From an uncultured Chloroflexia bacterium (GTDB lineage: Bacteria > Chloroflexota > Anaerolineae > JAAYZQ01), in the NCBI GenBank assembly GCA_963700285.1, contig CAVOXA010000007.1, positions 32,001-96,000 of the forward strand: a stretch of 64,000 nucleotides of DNA, written 5' to 3'. The notes under the pieces are model-generated. The model worked only from the letters and a program-made list of their open reading frames with translations. It was not told the origin of the DNA and did no database searches. The translations under genes were made by a program, and so were the position numbers. Positions 62,126-64,000 of this stretch are shown here, in pieces (position 1 is the first letter of the stretch; each line of letters begins with the position of its first letter).

Positions 62126-62821
62126 ATGCCTTTCATCTCAAAGCAGGGCAGCCCGGCTGTAGCCAACGCCCTCAAACGCGAGATCCGCAGGGCGCTGCCC
62201 ACCACCAAGCAGCGCAGGCATTCCGCCCTGTTGATGCTCTCCGGCGGCCTGGACAGCGTCGCGCTGCTGGCCAACGTCCTCTCCGAGACTGACCAGCAGC
62301 TGCACGTCCACCACATCGAGATCCAGAATTTCGAGAACCGGCGGCAGGTGGAGAACGAGGCTGTGGAGCAGGTCTTGGCCTACCTCCGGCAGCGCTACCG
62401 GCCCTTTTCCTACTCTAGCTCCAGGAGCGAGTTTCCGCTGGGCAAGGGGGGCGGCTTTGATCTGACCCTCGTGCTCTTTATGGCGGCGCGCGTCCACACG
62501 GCGCTGGCCAGCGTCGTAGACATTGTCTACACCGGTCACATCGCGCCCAACCGGCCCGAGATCCTGGAGGGGTCGGCGGTGTTCAATGCTTGCTACATCA
62601 ACAAGCGCTTCAAACCGGTCTGGCTCTGGCCCCTGGCTCGCCTGAAAAAGATCGAGATCTACGAGTCGATCCCGCGGGAGCTGGCCGAACTGACCTGGTC
62701 CTGCCGCAAACCGGTGCGCGACGGAGATCTCTTCCGGCCCTGCGGCCAGTGCCACGCGTGCCAGAGCCGCGACGAGGTGGGTCGGCTGCTGGCAGCCAGG
62801 AGCAAGGGCTCCGGTTCGTAG
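62126..62821 (+). CDS. Atypical QueC-like PP-loop ATP pyrophosphatase
   Basis: SGGLDS PP-loop; TWSCRKP..PCGQCHAC zinc site. Confidence 0.8.
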   Translation: MPFISKQGSPAVANALKREIRRALPTTKQRRHSALLMLSGGLDSVALLANVLSETDQQLHVHHIEIQNFENRRQVENEAVEQVLAYLRQRYRPFSYSSSRSEFPLGKGGGFDLTLVLFMAARVHTALASVVDIVYTGHIAPNRPEILEGSAVFNACYINKRFKPVWLWPLARLKKIEIYESIPRELAELTWSCRKPVRDGDLFRPCGQCHACQSRDEVGRLLAARSKGSGS

Positions 62822-63453
62822 TGCGCGCTTCAGCGCGCCTAAACGGCGCTGAAGCGCCTACTACAAACCTCTGAGCGCTGCCAGACCGAAATATTGATTT
62901 GTGCTGAAATGACGGCTCCGGTTTGTAGTGCGCGCTTCAGCGCGCCTAAACGGCGCTGAAGCGCCTACTACAAACCTCTGAGCGCTGCCAGACCGAAATA
63001 TTGATTTGTGCTGAAGTGACGGCTCAGGTTTGTAGTGCGCGCTTCAGCGCGCCTGAACGGCGCTGAAGCGCCTACTACAAACCTCTGAGCGCTGCCAGGC
63101 CGGAATATTGATTTGTGCTGAAGTGACGGCTCAGGTTTGTAGTGCGCGCTTCAGCGCGCCTAAACGGCGCTGAAGCGCCTACTACAAACCTCTGAGCGCT
63201 GCCAGGCCGAAATATTGATTTGTGCTGAAGTGACGGCTCCGGTTTGTAGTGCGCGCTTCAGCGCGCCTAAACGGCGCTGAAGCGCCTACTACAAACCTCT
63301 GAGCGCTGCCAGGCCGGAATATTGATTTGTGCTGAAATGACGGCTCAGGTTTGTAGTGCGCGCTTCAGCGCGCCTAAACGGCGCTGAAGCGCCTACTACA
63401 AACCTCTGAGCGCTGCAAGCGAGGGCTCGGTTTGTGTGCGCGCTTCAGCGCGC
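62807..63453. repeat. 107-bp tandem array of GTAG-type REP doublets (BIME/REPIN-like): six 57-bp palindromes plus a half copy
   Basis: gtgcgcgc begins at 62821, 62928, 63035, 63142, 63249, 63356; unit ggtttgtagtgcgcgcttcagcgcgcctaaacggcgctgaagcgcctactacaaacc with near-identical linkers. Confidence 0.92.
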
Positions 63454-63590
63454 TTCTTTCGCGAGAGCCACGAGGGCCGCGTCCTTTGCCACGGACTCGG
63501 AACCTGCTTCTCCCTGCTCGCACTGGTCCGCGAGCAGTGGCACAGGTACTGCGAGTACGGCCCTCGCCACCGAAGGCCGGCGCCAGCTTT

Positions 63591-64000
63591 CTATGACCTG
63601 TGTTCTTGGCCGTCCGTCGCATAGGGCTCTTGTCTCAGCGACTTTTACGTGCCCCAGCGCTTGGCCTGCTGTCTCCAGCTCATCCCACCCACGAGCCGGT
63701 ACACCCAGTAGGGGACGACCGGCTTGGCCATCAGCGTTTGCGCCTCTTCCGGAATGGCCTGCCCCTGCCCAAGCGCTTCGGCGGCCAACTCCAGTGGTTT
63801 CTTGACGAGGTTGGCACGCCCATCTGCCTGTGCCAGTGGGGCGCCGGTGTTCATGGCCGGCAGGTTCGCCGGACCAGACGCCAGGCCGTTGTCCAGCTCA
63901 CCCAACCAGGCCCGCATCACCTCGACCGACTGGCCGTCCAGGACCACCCCGCTGGCGGATTTTTGGGCGAAGAAGTTGATGGCGTTGCGCTGGACGAGAT
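63591..64000 (-). pseudogene. 3' end of a flavodoxin/NADPH-FMN reductase-like gene, with premature stop
   Basis: LVQRNAINFF..LELAAEALGQGQAIP..WRQQAKRWGT*KSLRQEPY; runs off the window. Confidence 0.4.

Noticed and set aside
62807-63453. CRISPR array
   Set aside because: Linkers are near-identical rather than unique spacers, the repeat is a 57-bp REP doublet, and no cas genes are present.

Overview
GC-rich bacterial window, probably Chloroflexota (Anaerolineae-like). This is an inference from the C-terminal 'xYLPLVxR' motifs, gingipain-like C25 proteins, MttB/corrinoid genes and REP-like repeats. In order it holds: two tandem C25 peptidases (the first with catalytic Cys replaced by Arg); a non-pyrrolysine MttB/corrinoid/DapA-like/saccharopine dehydrogenase cluster; a frameshifted cyclase-AAA-TPR gene; a decayed accessory region (comM remnant, two pentapeptide-repeat paralogues, IS3 and other transposase debris, a noisy duplicate segment); a large redox operon; a mosaic of gene fragments; a pstSCAB/Na-Pi/Usp locus; MutS-like and NagD genes; a PIN toxin-antitoxin pair; an atypical QueC-like gene; and a 107-bp REP tandem array. 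The main finding is the operon hdrC-hdrB-hdrA(N)-hydC/nuoE-hydB/nuoF-[hydA/nuoG N-terminus fused to hdrA(C)]-mvhD-mvhG-mvhA-protease. HdrA is split inside its inserted ferredoxin domain, with a HydABC-type NAD(H) module placed in the break. Its N-half has an in-frame UGA at a conserved Cys position followed by a SECIS-like hairpin, so it is probably a selenoprotein. This suggests a complex with two flavin-bifurcation centres. Three matching 11-bp-period (G/A)TCACA triple direct repeats (OmpR/PhoB type) link this locus to the phosphate-uptake locus. Several single-base frameshifts and one noisy segment suggest long-read consensus errors, so pseudogene calls are provisional.
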